DNA of 64,000 bases from an uncultured Verrucomicrobiae bacterium (GCA_963756875.1 CAVWPA010000001.1:576001-640000); one strand, 5' to 3'; counted from the stretch's first letter, positions 32,789 to 43,368 are shown. The notes: a model not told the origin generated them from the letters alone. A program made the numbers and translations.

Positions 32789-33340
32789 ATGGCTTACCCA
32801 ATGTCAGGCAAACGATCGGATTCGCGCAATGTCGACAAGACCCCTGCGGCAAGAGGGGACACGACCGAGAAGGTCGTGTTCATCAATCGCTGCGCCAAGG
32901 TAGTGAAAGGCGGCCGGCGCTTTAGCTTTAGCGCGCTGATTGTCGCGGGCGATCACGACGGCAAGGTTGGCGTCGGCTTCGGAAAGGCGAACGAAGTCTC
33001 GGAGGCGATCCGCAAGGCGTCGGAAGCGGCTCGTAAATCGATGGAGAAGGTTTCGCTCCGTGAGAATACGATTCCGCACGAGACAATCGGCGAATACGGC
33101 GGTGGCCGGGTATTGCTGCGGCCTGCTTCGCCCGGCACAGGGGTGATTGCCGGAGGAGGCGTGCGGGCCGTTGTCGAAGCCGCGGGAATACGCGACGTGC
33201 TCGCGAAATCTCTCGGATCCAGCAACCACGCCAACGTGGTAAAGGCGACAATCGCCGCGCTCCGGTCGCTGCGCCGGCGTGATGAAATTTTTAAGGTGCG
33301 CGGAATCAAAATCGACGGAAAGGCTGGGCAGCAGACATGA
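32789..33340 (+). CDS. rpsE: 30S ribosomal protein S5
   Basis: [11 protein letters not shown] and PGTGVIAGG motifs. Confidence 0.99.
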   Translation: MAYPMSGKRSDSRNVDKTPAARGDTTEKVVFINRCAKVVKGGRRFSFSALIVAGDHDGKVGVGFGKANEVSEAIRKASEAARKSMEKVSLRENTIPHETIGEYGGGRVLLRPASPGTGVIAGGGVRAVVEAAGIRDVLAKSLGSSNHANVVKATIAALRSLRRRDEIFKVRGIKIDGKAGQQT

Positions 33341-33936
33341 TGCGACTGCATAATTTGCGACACCGGCCGGGCGCGAAACATCGCGTCAAACGGCTGGGGT
33401 GCGGCGAGAGTTCCGGACACGGCAAGACCAGCGGCAAAGGCCACAAAGGACAAAAGGCGCGCTCTGGCGGCAGCATTCGACTCGGGTTTGAAGGCGGCCA
33501 GATGCCGCTCATCCGCCGTTTGCCCAAGCGCGGCTTCAATAACGCGGCTTTTCACAAAACTTACGCGATCGTGAACTTGAGCGATCTCAACGAATTCAAG
33601 GCGGGTACGGCAGTGAATGAAGAGCTGCTGCGCAAATCAAGGCTCGTGCGCGGCGATTTCACGGGAATAAAAATTCTCGGTGACGGCGAGCTGAAACACG
33701 CGCTTAAACTCGAAGTGGACAAAATCAGCGCGGCGGCGCGGGAAAAAATCGAGAAGGCTGGCGGCACGATTGCGCTGCGTGAGGCGCGGATAGAGCGGGA
33801 TGCGAACGCGAATACGGAGGCCGATCTGAAGGCGGAAAAGGTGACAGCATCGCCAAAGACAACGGGAAAGAAGGGATCGGCCGCCGCGTCTGGATCGAAA
33901 TCTTCCAAGAAGAAGACTTCCCGGAAGCGTCAGTGA
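33337..33936 (+). CDS. rplO: 50S ribosomal protein L15 with C-terminal extension
   Basis: [10 protein letters not shown] and FEGGQMPL motifs. Confidence 0.99.
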   Translation: MMRLHNLRHRPGAKHRVKRLGCGESSGHGKTSGKGHKGQKARSGGSIRLGFEGGQMPLIRRLPKRGFNNAAFHKTYAIVNLSDLNEFKAGTAVNEELLRKSRLVRGDFTGIKILGDGELKHALKLEVDKISAAAREKIEKAGGTIALREARIERDANANTEADLKAEKVTASPKTTGKKGSAAASGSKSSKKKTSRKRQ

Positions 33937-33961
33937 CGGTGCCATGTTTTGATTTGATCCG

Positions 33962-35470
33962 ATGATTTCGGCGTTCTTAAACACGGTCAAAATACCGGAG
34001 TTGCGCCGGCGCATTCTATTTACGCTTGCGATCATCGTGATTGTGCGCCTGGGCGCGGCAATCAGCACGCCAGGCGTAAATCAGGCTGTCCTGCAGGAAT
34101 GGTTTCACAGCGCGTTGAACAACAAAGCCGGCGGAGGCGTTGCTGCGCTGTTCAATCTGTTTAGCGGCGGCGCTCTGGAAAATTGCGCGATCTTTTCGCT
34201 TGGCATCATGCCTTACATCAGCGCGTCGATCATGATGCAGCTGCTGACGGCTGTGATTCCGCATTTGGGGCGGTTATCTCGTGAGGATGGCGGCCGGCAG
34301 AAGATCATGCAGTACACGCGGTTCATGACCGTGGTTCTCTGCGTTTTCCAAGGCTATCTCCTCGCTCTCTCCTTTCAGCATCCGGAATCGTATCACACGA
34401 TGCTACCCGGAATCACCGAGACCATCCGTACTCTTGGGATTCCGCTGGTCGAAGATACTGGTTGGACATTTCGAATTGTAACAGTGATTTCCCTGACTAC
34501 GGGCACGATGTTTTTGATGTGGTTGGGCGACCAAATTACCGAGCGTGGTGTCGGTAACGGCATCTCGTTGATTATCACCATTGGTATCGTGGCCCGGTTG
34601 CCGGCGGCGCTGGCCCAGGCATGGAAAACATTTGTGCCTTCAGCGCAAACGGGTGCCAGCCAGGTGAATCCAATGATCCTGGTGCTGTTGGTGTTAGCCC
34701 TCGTCGTGGTAATCGCGGCCGTGATTGCGGTTACACAGGGACAGCGCAAAATCACGGTTCAGTACGCGAAGCGTGTAGTGGGCCGAAAACAGTACGGCGG
34801 CAATGTGCAGTATATGCCGTTGAAAGTGAATTACCCGGGCGTTATGCCAATCATTTTCGCGTGGGCGCTGTTGCTCTTTCCGAACACCATCGTGAGTATG
34901 GCATTTCGCAATAGTCCGACGGCAAGCCACATTTCGGAGCTGCTTTCAAGGGGCTGGCTGCACTATGTCGTGCTTGCAGGGATGATCTTCTTCTTCAGTT
35001 ACTTTTGGGTCGCGACCCAGTTTCAACCATCGCAGATCGCGGATGATTTGAAGAAATACGGCGGTTACATTCCTGGTGTCCGACCCGGCAAACCGACCGC
35101 GGATTTTCTCGAATATACGATGACGCGACTTACTTTTGCCGGTGCTGTTTTTCTGACCCTGATCGCGGTTCTGCCGAGTCTTCTCAATCAAAGTTTGAAC
35201 GTGCCAATGGTCACCGCGCAGTTTTTCGGCGGCACCAGTTTGCTCATTATCGTCGGCGTAATGCTCGATACGATGCGGCAGGTGGAAACGCACCTGATCC
35301 AGCGACATTACGACGGGTTTTTGCGCAAGGGGCGCATTCGTGCGCGCTTTGAGGCGCGGTCCGCTTACGCCCGGGGCGAGGCGCTCGAGGGCGGCACTCT
35401 GATGTGGCTTTATGTCGGCATCGCCGTACTGGTGATCGGCGGAGTCGCAATCTTTTTGTACGGCCGTTAA
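33962..35470 (+). CDS. secY: Preprotein translocase SecY
   Basis: LGIMPYISASI, GNGISL, IPGVRPG and FGGTSLLI motifs. Confidence 0.99.
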   Translation: MISAFLNTVKIPELRRRILFTLAIIVIVRLGAAISTPGVNQAVLQEWFHSALNNKAGGGVAALFNLFSGGALENCAIFSLGIMPYISASIMMQLLTAVIPHLGRLSREDGGRQKIMQYTRFMTVVLCVFQGYLLALSFQHPESYHTMLPGITETIRTLGIPLVEDTGWTFRIVTVISLTTGTMFLMWLGDQITERGVGNGISLIITIGIVARLPAALAQAWKTFVPSAQTGASQVNPMILVLLVLALVVVIAAVIAVTQGQRKITVQYAKRVVGRKQYGGNVQYMPLKVNYPGVMPIIFAWALLLFPNTIVSMAFRNSPTASHISELLSRGWLHYVVLAGMIFFFSYFWVATQFQPSQIADDLKKYGGYIPGVRPGKPTADFLEYTMTRLTFAGAVFLTLIAVLPSLLNQSLNVPMVTAQFFGGTSLLIIVGVMLDTMRQVETHLIQRHYDGFLRKGRIRARFEARSAYARGEALEGGTLMWLYVGIAVLVIGGVAIFLYGR

Positions 35471-36130
35471 GTGAAAAGGCGACTCGTTCTTTTGGGCGCA
35501 CCCGGCTCGGGGAAGGGAACTCAGGCGGAAATGATTACACGCCAGTTTGGGATTCCCGTGACTTCACCCGGTGCGATTTTAAGGCGTGAGAAAGACCTAG
35601 GCACGCCGCTTGGGGTTGAAACCGCCGAAATCATCCAGCGTGGCGATTTGGTGCCGGACAAAATCATCGTCGAGCTGATTGAAGATTGGCTGCGTCTGCA
35701 CGGAAGCTACGGCTTTGTGTTTGATGGATTTCCCCGAACGCTTCCCCAGGCGGAAAGTTTGGCATCGATTTTGGCCCGATTGCGCACGGCACTCGATCTC
35801 GCGGTTTGGCTTGAGGTTTCAGAAGAAACGGTGCGCAAGCGCATTTCGGGACGCTTGCAATGCAGCAGCTGCGGATTCACGACGAGCACGACCAGCGCAA
35901 AATTCGCGGAGCATCCGGTGTGTCCGTACTGCAACGGGCGGCTGGTGCGCCGAAATGACGATGACCTGAAAGTTTTGCAAACGCGTCTCCATGAATTTGC
36001 GACCAAGACGCAGCCACTCGCCGATTTTTACGGCAAAATGTCGGTCCTGCGCCGGATCGATGGTAATCGCGATCGCGACACCGTTTTTGCTGATATCTCG
36101 CGCCTGATCGAGGACAAGACCGCGGCATGA
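35471..36130 (+). CDS. adk: Adenylate kinase with Zn-finger LID
   Basis: GAPGSGKGTQ, DGFPRT and CxxC...CxxC motifs. Confidence 0.96.
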   Translation: MKRRLVLLGAPGSGKGTQAEMITRQFGIPVTSPGAILRREKDLGTPLGVETAEIIQRGDLVPDKIIVELIEDWLRLHGSYGFVFDGFPRTLPQAESLASILARLRTALDLAVWLEVSEETVRKRISGRLQCSSCGFTTSTTSAKFAEHPVCPYCNGRLVRRNDDDLKVLQTRLHEFATKTQPLADFYGKMSVLRRIDGNRDRDTVFADISRLIEDKTAA

Positions 36131-36903
36131 TTCCCATCAAAAGTCCGAAGGAAATCGACAAAATGCGTGAGGCATGCCGAAGCGCGAGCGACATTCTTGA
36201 TCGCGTCAGCGAGTTAATCCGACCGGGTATCACCACCAAAGAAGTGGATGAGGCGGCTGCCGATTTCATGAAGGAAGCGCAGGTCAAGAGTGCGTTTCTC
36301 GGCTATCGACTCGGGCACCGCGTTTTCCCTGGGAACATTTGCATCTCATTGAACGATGAAGTCGTGCACGGAATTGGCAGCGCGCGCCGCATCCAATATG
36401 GAGACGTAGTCAAACTCGACATCGGAGTCATTCGAGATGGCTGGGTCGGGGACAATGCCACCACTGTGGCTGTCGGAGTGGTTGACGGGCGAGTCGAACA
36501 GTTGTTGCGGGTGACAGAGAGCGCGCTGGCGCGGGCGATCCAGGCTGCCCGAGAAGGCCATCGTCTCGGCGATCTTTGTGCGGAAATTGAGGAGGAAGCG
36601 CGCCTTTCCGGTTTCTCCGTGGTGCGCGAATTCGTCGGGCACGGAGTAGGCCGGAAAATGCACGAGGAACCGCAAATTCCAAATTACGGCAAACGCGGCA
36701 CTGGCCCAAAATTGAAGGCCGGTATGACGCTGGCAATCGAGCCCATGATTAACATGGGCGCGTCCGAAGTCCGATTACTCGAGGACGGCTGGACGGTTCG
36801 GACGGCGGACGGGCTGCCCTCCGCGCACTTTGAGCATACTGTTTTGGTTACCAAGGGTGAACCGGAGATTTTAACATGCCGCGCAAAGACGCAATTGAAG
36901 TAG
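36127..36903 (+). CDS. map: Methionine aminopeptidase type I
   Basis: [20 protein letters not shown] and HFEHT motifs. Confidence 0.98.
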   Translation: MIPIKSPKEIDKMREACRSASDILDRVSELIRPGITTKEVDEAAADFMKEAQVKSAFLGYRLGHRVFPGNICISLNDEVVHGIGSARRIQYGDVVKLDIGVIRDGWVGDNATTVAVGVVDGRVEQLLRVTESALARAIQAAREGHRLGDLCAEIEEEARLSGFSVVREFVGHGVGRKMHEEPQIPNYGKRGTGPKLKAGMTLAIEPMINMGASEVRLLEDGWTVRTADGLPSAHFEHTVLVTKGEPEILTCRAKTQLK

Positions 36904-37094
36904 AAGGCAAGGTCGTTGAGCTGTTGCCAAACACGATGTTTCGAGTGGAACTGCCCAACGGCCACCGTGTTTTGGCCCATATTTCGGGGAAAATGCGCCT
37001 GCACTTCATTCGGATCTTGCCAGGCGACAAAGTTATGCTAGAGATTTCTCCCTACGATTTGTCGAAAGGGCGGATCACTTTCCGCCAAAGGTGA
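36876..37094 (+). CDS. infA: Translation initiation factor IF-1
   Basis: LPNTMFRV...ISGKMR...PYDLSKGRI. Confidence 0.99.
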   Translation: MPRKDAIEVEGKVVELLPNTMFRVELPNGHRVLAHISGKMRLHFIRILPGDKVMLEISPYDLSKGRITFRQR

Positions 37095-37140
37095 CAACGC
37101 GGCGGTTTTCTCGTTTTTCGCGGGATCGACAATTCCATTT

Positions 37141-37254
37141 ATGAAAGTACGACCTTCAGTAAAAAGACTTTGTGAGGCTTGCAAGATTGTGAAGCGCAAG
37201 AACGTAGTGCGCGTGATCTGCAAGAACCCGCGGCACAAACAACGCCAGGGGTGA
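37141..37254 (+). CDS. rpmJ: 50S ribosomal protein L36 (not in the ORF track)
   Basis: Manual translation [37 protein letters not shown]. Confidence 0.98.
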   Translation: MKVRPSVKRLCEACKIVKRKNVVRVICKNPRHKQRQG

Positions 37255-37313
37255 GTTTTGTTTAACGATTTGGCGTTTCCAATTTAGGCCTTTTGTAACT
37301 TTTAACGAATATT

Positions 37314-37709
37314 ATGCCCAGATTACTCGGAGTCGAAATACCCGCCGACAAGCGCATCGAAGCGTCGCTTACCTATATTTATGGAATAGGGTCGGTCACA
37401 TCCAGGCGCATACTCGAGCAAACGAATATCGATCCAAATCTGCGGGCCAAGGACCTGAGCCCTCAGCAAATCAACGAGATTATTCACGCGATCACCGCCG
37501 ACAAAATCAAGGTGGAAGGCGATCTCCGGCGAGATGTCCAGGGCAATTTGAAACGATTACAGGCGATCAACTGCTATCGCGGAATCCGTCATCGGCGCGG
37601 GCTTCCGGTTCGTGGACAGAGGACCTCGACCAATGCTCGCACGCGCAAGGGACCGCGGAAGACCGTCGGCGTGATCCGAAACCCTGAAGCAAAGGCCGGC
37701 AAGGTATAA
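37314..37709 (+). CDS. rpsM: 30S ribosomal protein S13
   Basis: LTYIYGIG and [10 protein letters not shown] motifs. Confidence 0.99.
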   Translation: MPRLLGVEIPADKRIEASLTYIYGIGSVTSRRILEQTNIDPNLRAKDLSPQQINEIIHAITADKIKVEGDLRRDVQGNLKRLQAINCYRGIRHRRGLPVRGQRTSTNARTRKGPRKTVGVIRNPEAKAGKV

Positions 37710-37714
37710 TTCAA

Positions 37715-38365
37715 ATGGCCGAACCAAAGAAACCAACCAAGCCCAAAGCGGAGAAGCCGGCGGCGAAAAAGAAGCCTTCCGACAGCGTGCCGCAAGGCGC
37801 CCAGGCCGCTTCCCAACCGGAAGCAGCGGCCTCTCCTGAGGCTGGCGCACCTGTCGCTGCCTCAAAGGGTGACGTCGTCGCGCCAAAGCCCGCGAAAAAG
37901 GCCGCTAAACCGCACAAGGAAGAAGCGGGAGCAGCAGCCGAGGCGGCTCCGGAGAATCTTTCATTAAGCTCCGGGGATGTCGAAAAGCCGAAAATCGTAA
38001 AGGCGAAGGGAAGCAAGAATGTCCATGCCGGGATCGCGCATGTTCTTTCAACGTTTAACAACACTATCGTTACTATTACCGATCTGAACGGCAATGTGAT
38101 TGGCTGGTCGAGCGCCGGAAAGGTCGGATTCAAAGGGTCGCGGAAAAGCACGGCTTACGCTGCGCAGATGGTCGCTCAGGACGCTTCTCGCCAGGCCATG
38201 GGACACGGGCTGAAGGAAGTCCAGGTGCTGGTTAAAGGGCCCGGCGCGGGCCGGGAATCGGCCGTGCGCGCGTTGCAGGCCATCGGCCTGGATCTGACCG
38301 TCATTCGCGATGTGACGCCGGTCCCGCACAATGGCTGCCGTCCACCAAAGCAGCGTCGCGTATAA
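37715..38365 (+). CDS. rpsK: 30S ribosomal protein S11 with long N-terminal extension
   Basis: [18 protein letters not shown] and PHNGCRPP motifs. Confidence 0.98.
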   Translation: MAEPKKPTKPKAEKPAAKKKPSDSVPQGAQAASQPEAAASPEAGAPVAASKGDVVAPKPAKKAAKPHKEEAGAAAEAAPENLSLSSGDVEKPKIVKAKGSKNVHAGIAHVLSTFNNTIVTITDLNGNVIGWSSAGKVGFKGSRKSTAYAAQMVAQDASRQAMGHGLKEVQVLVKGPGAGRESAVRALQAIGLDLTVIRDVTPVPHNGCRPPKQRRV

Positions 38366-38389
38366 CACCTTAACGATTTAACGAAACAA

Positions 38390-39001
38390 ATGGGCAGATA
38401 CACTGGACCGAAAACCAAAGTCAGTCGCCGCTATGGTGTGCAGATTTTTGGGCCTTCAAAATCGCTCGAACGAAAGAACTATCCACCGGGAATGCATGGC
38501 CCGAAGGGCTCGCGGCGCAAACAATCCGATTACGCGATCGCACTCGGCGAAAAACAGAAACTTCGTTATCAATACGGACTGCTGGAGCGTCAGTTCCGTC
38601 GCATTTTCCAGAACGCGTTGCGTAAACGAGGCGTCACGGGCGAGACGTTGTTGCAGCTTTTGGAGACCCGGCTCGACAATGTGGTTTATAGGCTGGGACT
38701 GGCCAACACTCGCAATGGGGCCCGCCAGCTCGTTTCGCACGGCCATGTTCAGGTCAACGGCCGCGGAGTGAACATCGCTTCCTACAATGTGAAGGCCGGC
38801 GACGAAATTGCAGTCAAAGACAAGCCAAAGTCCCGCCAGCTTGCGCTGCGGAATCTGGAACTGACGCAGATCGTGCCGGTGCCTGACTGGCTGAGCGTGG
38901 ATCGCGATGCTCTCAAGGGAAAGGTTGCGCATATTCCATCGCGCGAGGAGATGCAGCCGATCGTCAACGAGCAGCTGATTGTCGAACTCTATTCAAGGTA
39001 G
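38390..39001 (+). CDS. rpsD: 30S ribosomal protein S4
   Basis: EKQKLR, LETRLDNVVYR and LIVELYSR motifs. Confidence 0.99.
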   Translation: MGRYTGPKTKVSRRYGVQIFGPSKSLERKNYPPGMHGPKGSRRKQSDYAIALGEKQKLRYQYGLLERQFRRIFQNALRKRGVTGETLLQLLETRLDNVVYRLGLANTRNGARQLVSHGHVQVNGRGVNIASYNVKAGDEIAVKDKPKSRQLALRNLELTQIVPVPDWLSVDRDALKGKVAHIPSREEMQPIVNEQLIVELYSR

Positions 39002-39031
39002 TGGCATTGGCATCCTGCCGATGAGGGGTTC

Positions 39032-39277
39032 CTAGAGGGCCGTTCCACTTTCTCTCTCCAAAAATTCGAGCGCCTTCTCGTAACTTTGGCGTTGGAGATA
39101 ATGTGCCAGCCGGGGGTCAACCGGTTTCGGCAACGCGTCCTGCAGCCTGTCGATCTTTTCCGAGACGGCGCGCAATCGTGCGAGATGTCGTTGCTCGTCG
39201 CTGCGGCTGATCTCATCCCGGATGATGGAAATCCGTTCCCTCAGGGCGGCGGCAAGATCGACAATCGCATTTTGCAT
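39032..39277 (-). CDS. Small helical hypothetical protein
   Basis: 81 aa, ending LAHYLQRQSYEKALEFL. Confidence 0.6.
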   Translation of the reverse strand: MQNAIVDLAAALRERISIIRDEISRSDEQRHLARLRAVSEKIDRLQDALPKPVDPRLAHYLQRQSYEKALEFLERESGTAL

Positions 39278-39345
39278 GGGTTGGGCGGGCCTTCGACTAA
39301 ACTAAATCTTGAAACGGCCTGCGATTTAGCGCAAGCGTGCAGCGA

Positions 39346-39777
39346 GTGAGTAACAACGAGCCCAAGCGGATCCTGGTGGTGGACGATGAAGTGGCGCTCC
39401 TGCGCATCGTGCGGGAAGCGCTTATGGCTTGTCTGCGTTGCGACGTGGATACTTCGCCCACGCCAGAGTATGGGTTCGAACTCGCGCTCAAGAAAAGCTA
39501 CGACCTCTTCATTTTCGATTTTTCAATGCCCATGATTGATGGGGCGATGTTATTTTTTTTGATTGGCAAGGTCTACGATAACAACAAGCCGCCGAGAACC
39601 GTTCCGCCGCTCCTGCTGGTTTCCGGGAAAGCGGACGAAGCGCGCGCGCAGGAGTTGCTCAAAGAACCGCGGGTGGCAGGGCTCATAGCCAAGCCATTTG
39701 CGATGAACCGCCTCCTGGACAAAATCAGGGAATGCGTGCCGGGTATCGAGCCGGTCTCGCAACGCAAAACTCGCTAG
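39346..39777 (+). CDS. Single-domain response regulator
   Basis: ILVVDDE, DFSMPMIDG and KPF motifs. Confidence 0.9.
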   Translation: MSNNEPKRILVVDDEVALLRIVREALMACLRCDVDTSPTPEYGFELALKKSYDLFIFDFSMPMIDGAMLFFLIGKVYDNNKPPRTVPPLLLVSGKADEARAQELLKEPRVAGLIAKPFAMNRLLDKIRECVPGIEPVSQRKTR

Positions 39778-40100
39778 CGCGGTCCGGTTTCCGAAAGCAG
39801 CTGCTTTTTGGCTTCCAGCCAATCGGAACTGGCGTCGCCGGGAAGACCAAATCGCCTGCGTCTCTCAGATATGAAATAGGCCCGAATACGGATTTCTTCG
39901 TCGCTCGGCTCCGGCATGGCGGCACCCTTTCGCCCGGCTTTTCCCCCTGGGCGGCCGCTGATTTTTTTCGACGGAGATTTCTTCACAACCCTGCCTCCGG
40001 GCGGTTTTGGGCCCGATTTTGCCTTGGTCCTCTTCGGCTCCGGCGACTCCGCGTTCGCGTCGTTACTCGTTTCAGTTTTGGTTTTCTTTGGCACAGGCAC
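39774..40100 (-). CDS. DUF2934-like protein with Lys-rich N-terminus
   Basis: EEIRIRAYFISE...DWLEAKKQL. Confidence 0.75.
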   Translation of the reverse strand: MPVPKKTKTETSNDANAESPEPKRTKAKSGPKPPGGRVVKKSPSKKISGRPGGKAGRKGAAMPEPSDEEIRIRAYFISERRRRFGLPGDASSDWLEAKKQLLSETGPR

Positions 40101-40208
40101 AGATCTGGTTCCTCTTTCGAATTTATCGCATTAGCGCTGGTCGGCCGATTCGCAAGTGGTTTCTAGACTGAGCTTGGCGAATGCGCGAAGTTCCAATAAC
40201 ATTTCCTC

Positions 40209-40628
40209 ATGCGGCATTTTGTTTTTCGCTGGTTGGTGACGTCGGTGGCGGTTTTTGTCGCGGCGCCCATCGTCGGCATTGAGTACACGACGTTTTGGTG
40301 TGTGCTGGCTGCGGCGCTCCTACTGGGGATCATCAACGCTTTCATTCGTCCAATTCTTCTTCTTTTGAGTTTCCCGCTGATTCTTGTGACGCTGGGGCTG
40401 TTTATTTTGATCATCAATGCGCTCATGTTGAAATTTGTCAGCGAGATCGTGCCTTGTTTCGTTATTCGCGGCTTTTGGAGTGCTGTCTTCGGCGCGTTGA
40501 TTATTTCCATAGTGAGCTGGCTGCTGAGCGCATTTTTCCGGGGAAGCGATGGGCGGGTTCATGTGCTTACGCATCACACCCAGATCAAGCGAGTGCGCGG
40601 TCGCATCGTCGAACCCGGCGAAAGATGA
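40209..40628 (+). CDS. YvlD/'phage holin family' 4-TM membrane protein
   Basis: NAFIRPIL...TLGLFILIINA. Confidence 0.88.
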   Translation: MRHFVFRWLVTSVAVFVAAPIVGIEYTTFWCVLAAALLLGIINAFIRPILLLLSFPLILVTLGLFILIINALMLKFVSEIVPCFVIRGFWSAVFGALIISIVSWLLSAFFRGSDGRVHVLTHHTQIKRVRGRIVEPGER

Positions 40629-40634
40629 TTCCGC

Positions 40635-41288
40635 ATGGTCGCCGGTGAACAAGGCAACCGGGTCTGGATTAAAATTTGCGGAATTACAAACGCAGCGGAC
40701 GCGCAATATGCCATCGATTGCGGCGCGGACGCGCTGGGCTTTAATTTTTATCCGGGAAGCAAACGGTACCTCGATTTGGGAGTTGCCGGAGATTGGATCA
40801 ATGAGTTGCCGCGAGCGATTTGCAAGGTCGCGATACTGGTTAATCCGACCCTGGAGGAAGCGGTTCGTATCAGTGAGTTGCCCTTTATCGACATATTACA
40901 ATTGCATGGCCATGAATCGTCCGACTTCTGTCGAAGCCTGGTTGAAAGAGGAGTTCGATTTGCAAAGGCTTTGCCGGTTGCCAACGCGACCTCGCTTCTC
41001 GATCTACCGCCATTTTTTACGAAGATGCTGGTTTTGGACGCTGCCGCGGAAAGCGGGTTTGGAGGAGGCGGGCGGATTTTCCCATGGCAATTGGCCCGCG
41101 CATTCGTCGAAACGCATCCCGCTTTTCGAGTGATTTTGGCCGGTGGTTTGACTCCGGAAAATGTTGCCCCGGCGATCAGTGAAGTTCGCCCCGCAGGGGT
41201 GGACGTTACCAGTGGCGTAGAATCGTCGCCCGGGCGGAAAGATCGTTACCGCTTGCGTGCCTTCATTCAAGCCGCGCGAAAGACGTAG
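40635..41288 (+). CDS. trpF: Phosphoribosylanthranilate isomerase
   Basis: KICGIT, QLHG, LAGGLTPEN and GVDVTSGVE motifs. Confidence 0.97.
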   Translation: MVAGEQGNRVWIKICGITNAADAQYAIDCGADALGFNFYPGSKRYLDLGVAGDWINELPRAICKVAILVNPTLEEAVRISELPFIDILQLHGHESSDFCRSLVERGVRFAKALPVANATSLLDLPPFFTKMLVLDAAAESGFGGGGRIFPWQLARAFVETHPAFRVILAGGLTPENVAPAISEVRPAGVDVTSGVESSPGRKDRYRLRAFIQAARKT

Positions 41289-41406
41289 CGGACAGGACCT
41301 CTTAATTCGGCGGTTCGGTCGGGGCGCTTTGACCTTGAAAGTCTTAAAAGGCTGGTCTGCTTCCTGCTTTAAGCGAACCCGCACTATCTCAATTCCGGTA
41401 ATAATT

Positions 41407-43140
41407 ATGGGTAACTCTTTCAAATCATGGGGATGCGCAGCGGCCGCGTTCCTCGCCGCATTTTCCGTGTCGCATGCCCAAAGCAACGCGCCTCAGCTCG
41501 TTGCTGCTCCCAGTTCGGCGTCCCAGACGGCGAACAAACCGCCTGTGTTGGTACAGGCAGCAGCAGCCCCAGTCGCAGCAGCCGCCCCCGCCGCACCGGC
41601 TGTGGCTGCTGGCGCCACCTCTACTGAAGCGGCGAACGGCTCCCAAACTGCCGCGGCAGACACGGCCGAGCCGGAAAGCGCAGTGGAAAGCGGCGGCGTT
41701 GGGGTCCGTGAATTTCAAGGCGACGATGTCGGACAAGTCCTGCGGTTGCTTGCGCGGCAAGCCAAGGTCAACCTGGTAGTGAGCGAAGCCGTCAAGGGCA
41801 CCGTGACGATGCGCCTGGAGGATGTTACCGCCCTTCAAGCAATCTCGATCATTGTGAAGGCCAAAGGCCTTTTCATGGACAAGATCGACAATGTTTATTA
41901 CATCAAGACCCCCGCGGAACGCACCGCTGAGCCGACGGAAAGCGACAGCTATCAGTTCAGCTACGCTCGCGCAAAAGATATTGCGCCGTTGATCGCCTCC
42001 CAGCTGGCAAGCAAACAGCCGCCTCAATTCGACGAACGCACGAACACAATCTTCTTCAGGGAAACCCGCAGCAATATCGACAACGTTCGCAAAATTCTTA
42101 CCCAAATCGACAAGCCGACCCGGCAGGTCATGATTGAAGCGCGCCTGGTGGAAGTCAGCGCAGACCCGGTGCAGGCTTATGGAATTAACTGGGCTGGCAC
42201 GTTCGGGAGTGCTTCCGCTCCGAAGCAATTCACCTACGGAGCGCCTATAGCCGACAGCAGCCCCAAGCCTGGCGAAAATCCGCCCACCTCCGGCTTCGGG
42301 CTGGGCAATGCTAATAGCTCCAACATCCTGGGTAGCCTCGGCCATTTGGCCCTCGGGCAATTCGCGATCCTGACCGTGCCGCAATTTTCAGCGGCGCTGA
42401 CGGCGTTGAACGAAGATTCAGACGCGGAGTTCCTTGCAAATCCTCGCGTGGTCACCGCCGATAATCAGCAGGCAAAGATTGAGATCATCCGGAACCAGCC
42501 TGTGCCGCAACTGAATTTCAACGAACAGACCGCCACAGCGGTCTTTGGCGGATTCCAGGATAAGACATTTGGAAACAAACTGGTCGTCCGTCCTTCAATC
42601 AACAAAGACAACTTTATCACGCTGTCGGTCAAGCCGGAGATCAGCAACAAAGTGGCGGACTTTCACTTCATCTTCAACGGAGCGGATGTTTTTAGTCCAA
42701 TCATTGATACGCGGACGCTCGACTCTAACGTGTTGATCAAGAGCGGCGATACGCTTGCCATTGGCGGATTGCTTTCCGACCAGGTAACAAAAGGCCGGTC
42801 AAAAGTCCCGATCCTGGGCGACATCCCGTTCCTTGGATACGCATTTCAGAATCACGATAACGAGCGCCACAAGCGTAACCTGCTTGTCTTCGTCACACCG
42901 ACAATTCTCGATCAACGTTACGGCACAGGATTGGAAGACCAGGTCTCAGGGGTCCACCACACTGGCGAGGAATATGCCGATCCGGACGGCTGGCGAAACA
43001 ATGCCAGGGGCGCTGTGCGGCTGGTCCCGACATCGAATCGCCAGCTCGCTGCTGATTATGCCAAACCCGGAGTGCCTCCGGCGCCGGAAGAGGCCACCGA
43101 CATCCAGTTTAGGAGTTCGGCAAAAGATCGCGACTTCTAG
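41407..43140 (+). CDS. Outer-membrane secretin (PilQ/GspD family)
   Basis: Signal peptide; QVMIEARLVEV, NPRVVTADNQ, IGGL, KVPILGDIP and VFVTP motifs. Confidence 0.93.
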   Translation: MGNSFKSWGCAAAAFLAAFSVSHAQSNAPQLVAAPSSASQTANKPPVLVQAAAAPVAAAAPAAPAVAAGATSTEAANGSQTAAADTAEPESAVESGGVGVREFQGDDVGQVLRLLARQAKVNLVVSEAVKGTVTMRLEDVTALQAISIIVKAKGLFMDKIDNVYYIKTPAERTAEPTESDSYQFSYARAKDIAPLIASQLASKQPPQFDERTNTIFFRETRSNIDNVRKILTQIDKPTRQVMIEARLVEVSADPVQAYGINWAGTFGSASAPKQFTYGAPIADSSPKPGENPPTSGFGLGNANSSNILGSLGHLALGQFAILTVPQFSAALTALNEDSDAEFLANPRVVTADNQQAKIEIIRNQPVPQLNFNEQTATAVFGGFQDKTFGNKLVVRPSINKDNFITLSVKPEISNKVADFHFIFNGADVFSPIIDTRTLDSNVLIKSGDTLAIGGLLSDQVTKGRSKVPILGDIPFLGYAFQNHDNERHKRNLLVFVTPTILDQRYGTGLEDQVSGVHHTGEEYADPDGWRNNARGAVRLVPTSNRQLAADYAKPGVPPAPEEATDIQFRSSAKDRDF

Positions 43141-43163
43141 GAATTTTGAAGCTGTGGGGTTGA

Positions 43164-43199
43164 GAGGGGGCGGACGCTCGCAAGGGCTCCGCCCTCTTT
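43164..43199 (+). terminator. Putative intrinsic terminator after the secretin gene
   Basis: GGGGGCGGA...TCCGCCCTC stem with a short T tract. Confidence 0.5.
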
Positions 43200-43213
43200 G
43201 GTTATCTCGAACA

Positions 43214-43346
43214 TTCCCTCACTGCCGCCCTTTGCGCGCGCGTTTCTCCCGGCGGGAGAAAGGGAAGAAAACGGTTCGGTAACTCACGCTCTGTTCCCTC
43301 TCCCGCTGGGAGAGGCAGACCGCATTAGGCGCCGGTGAGGGAACAG
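43214..43346. repeat. Two inverted copies of the CCCTCAC...TCTCCC-nnn-GGGAGA palindromic element
   Basis: 43214-43266 forward and 43291-43346 reverse, between convergent genes. Confidence 0.75.
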
Positions 43347-43368
43347 TTCGATCTATCGCCTTTTATTT

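Noticed and set aside
40209..40628. Prophage suggested by the 'holin' family label
   Set aside because: YvlD-type membrane protein among housekeeping genes; no phage genes nearby
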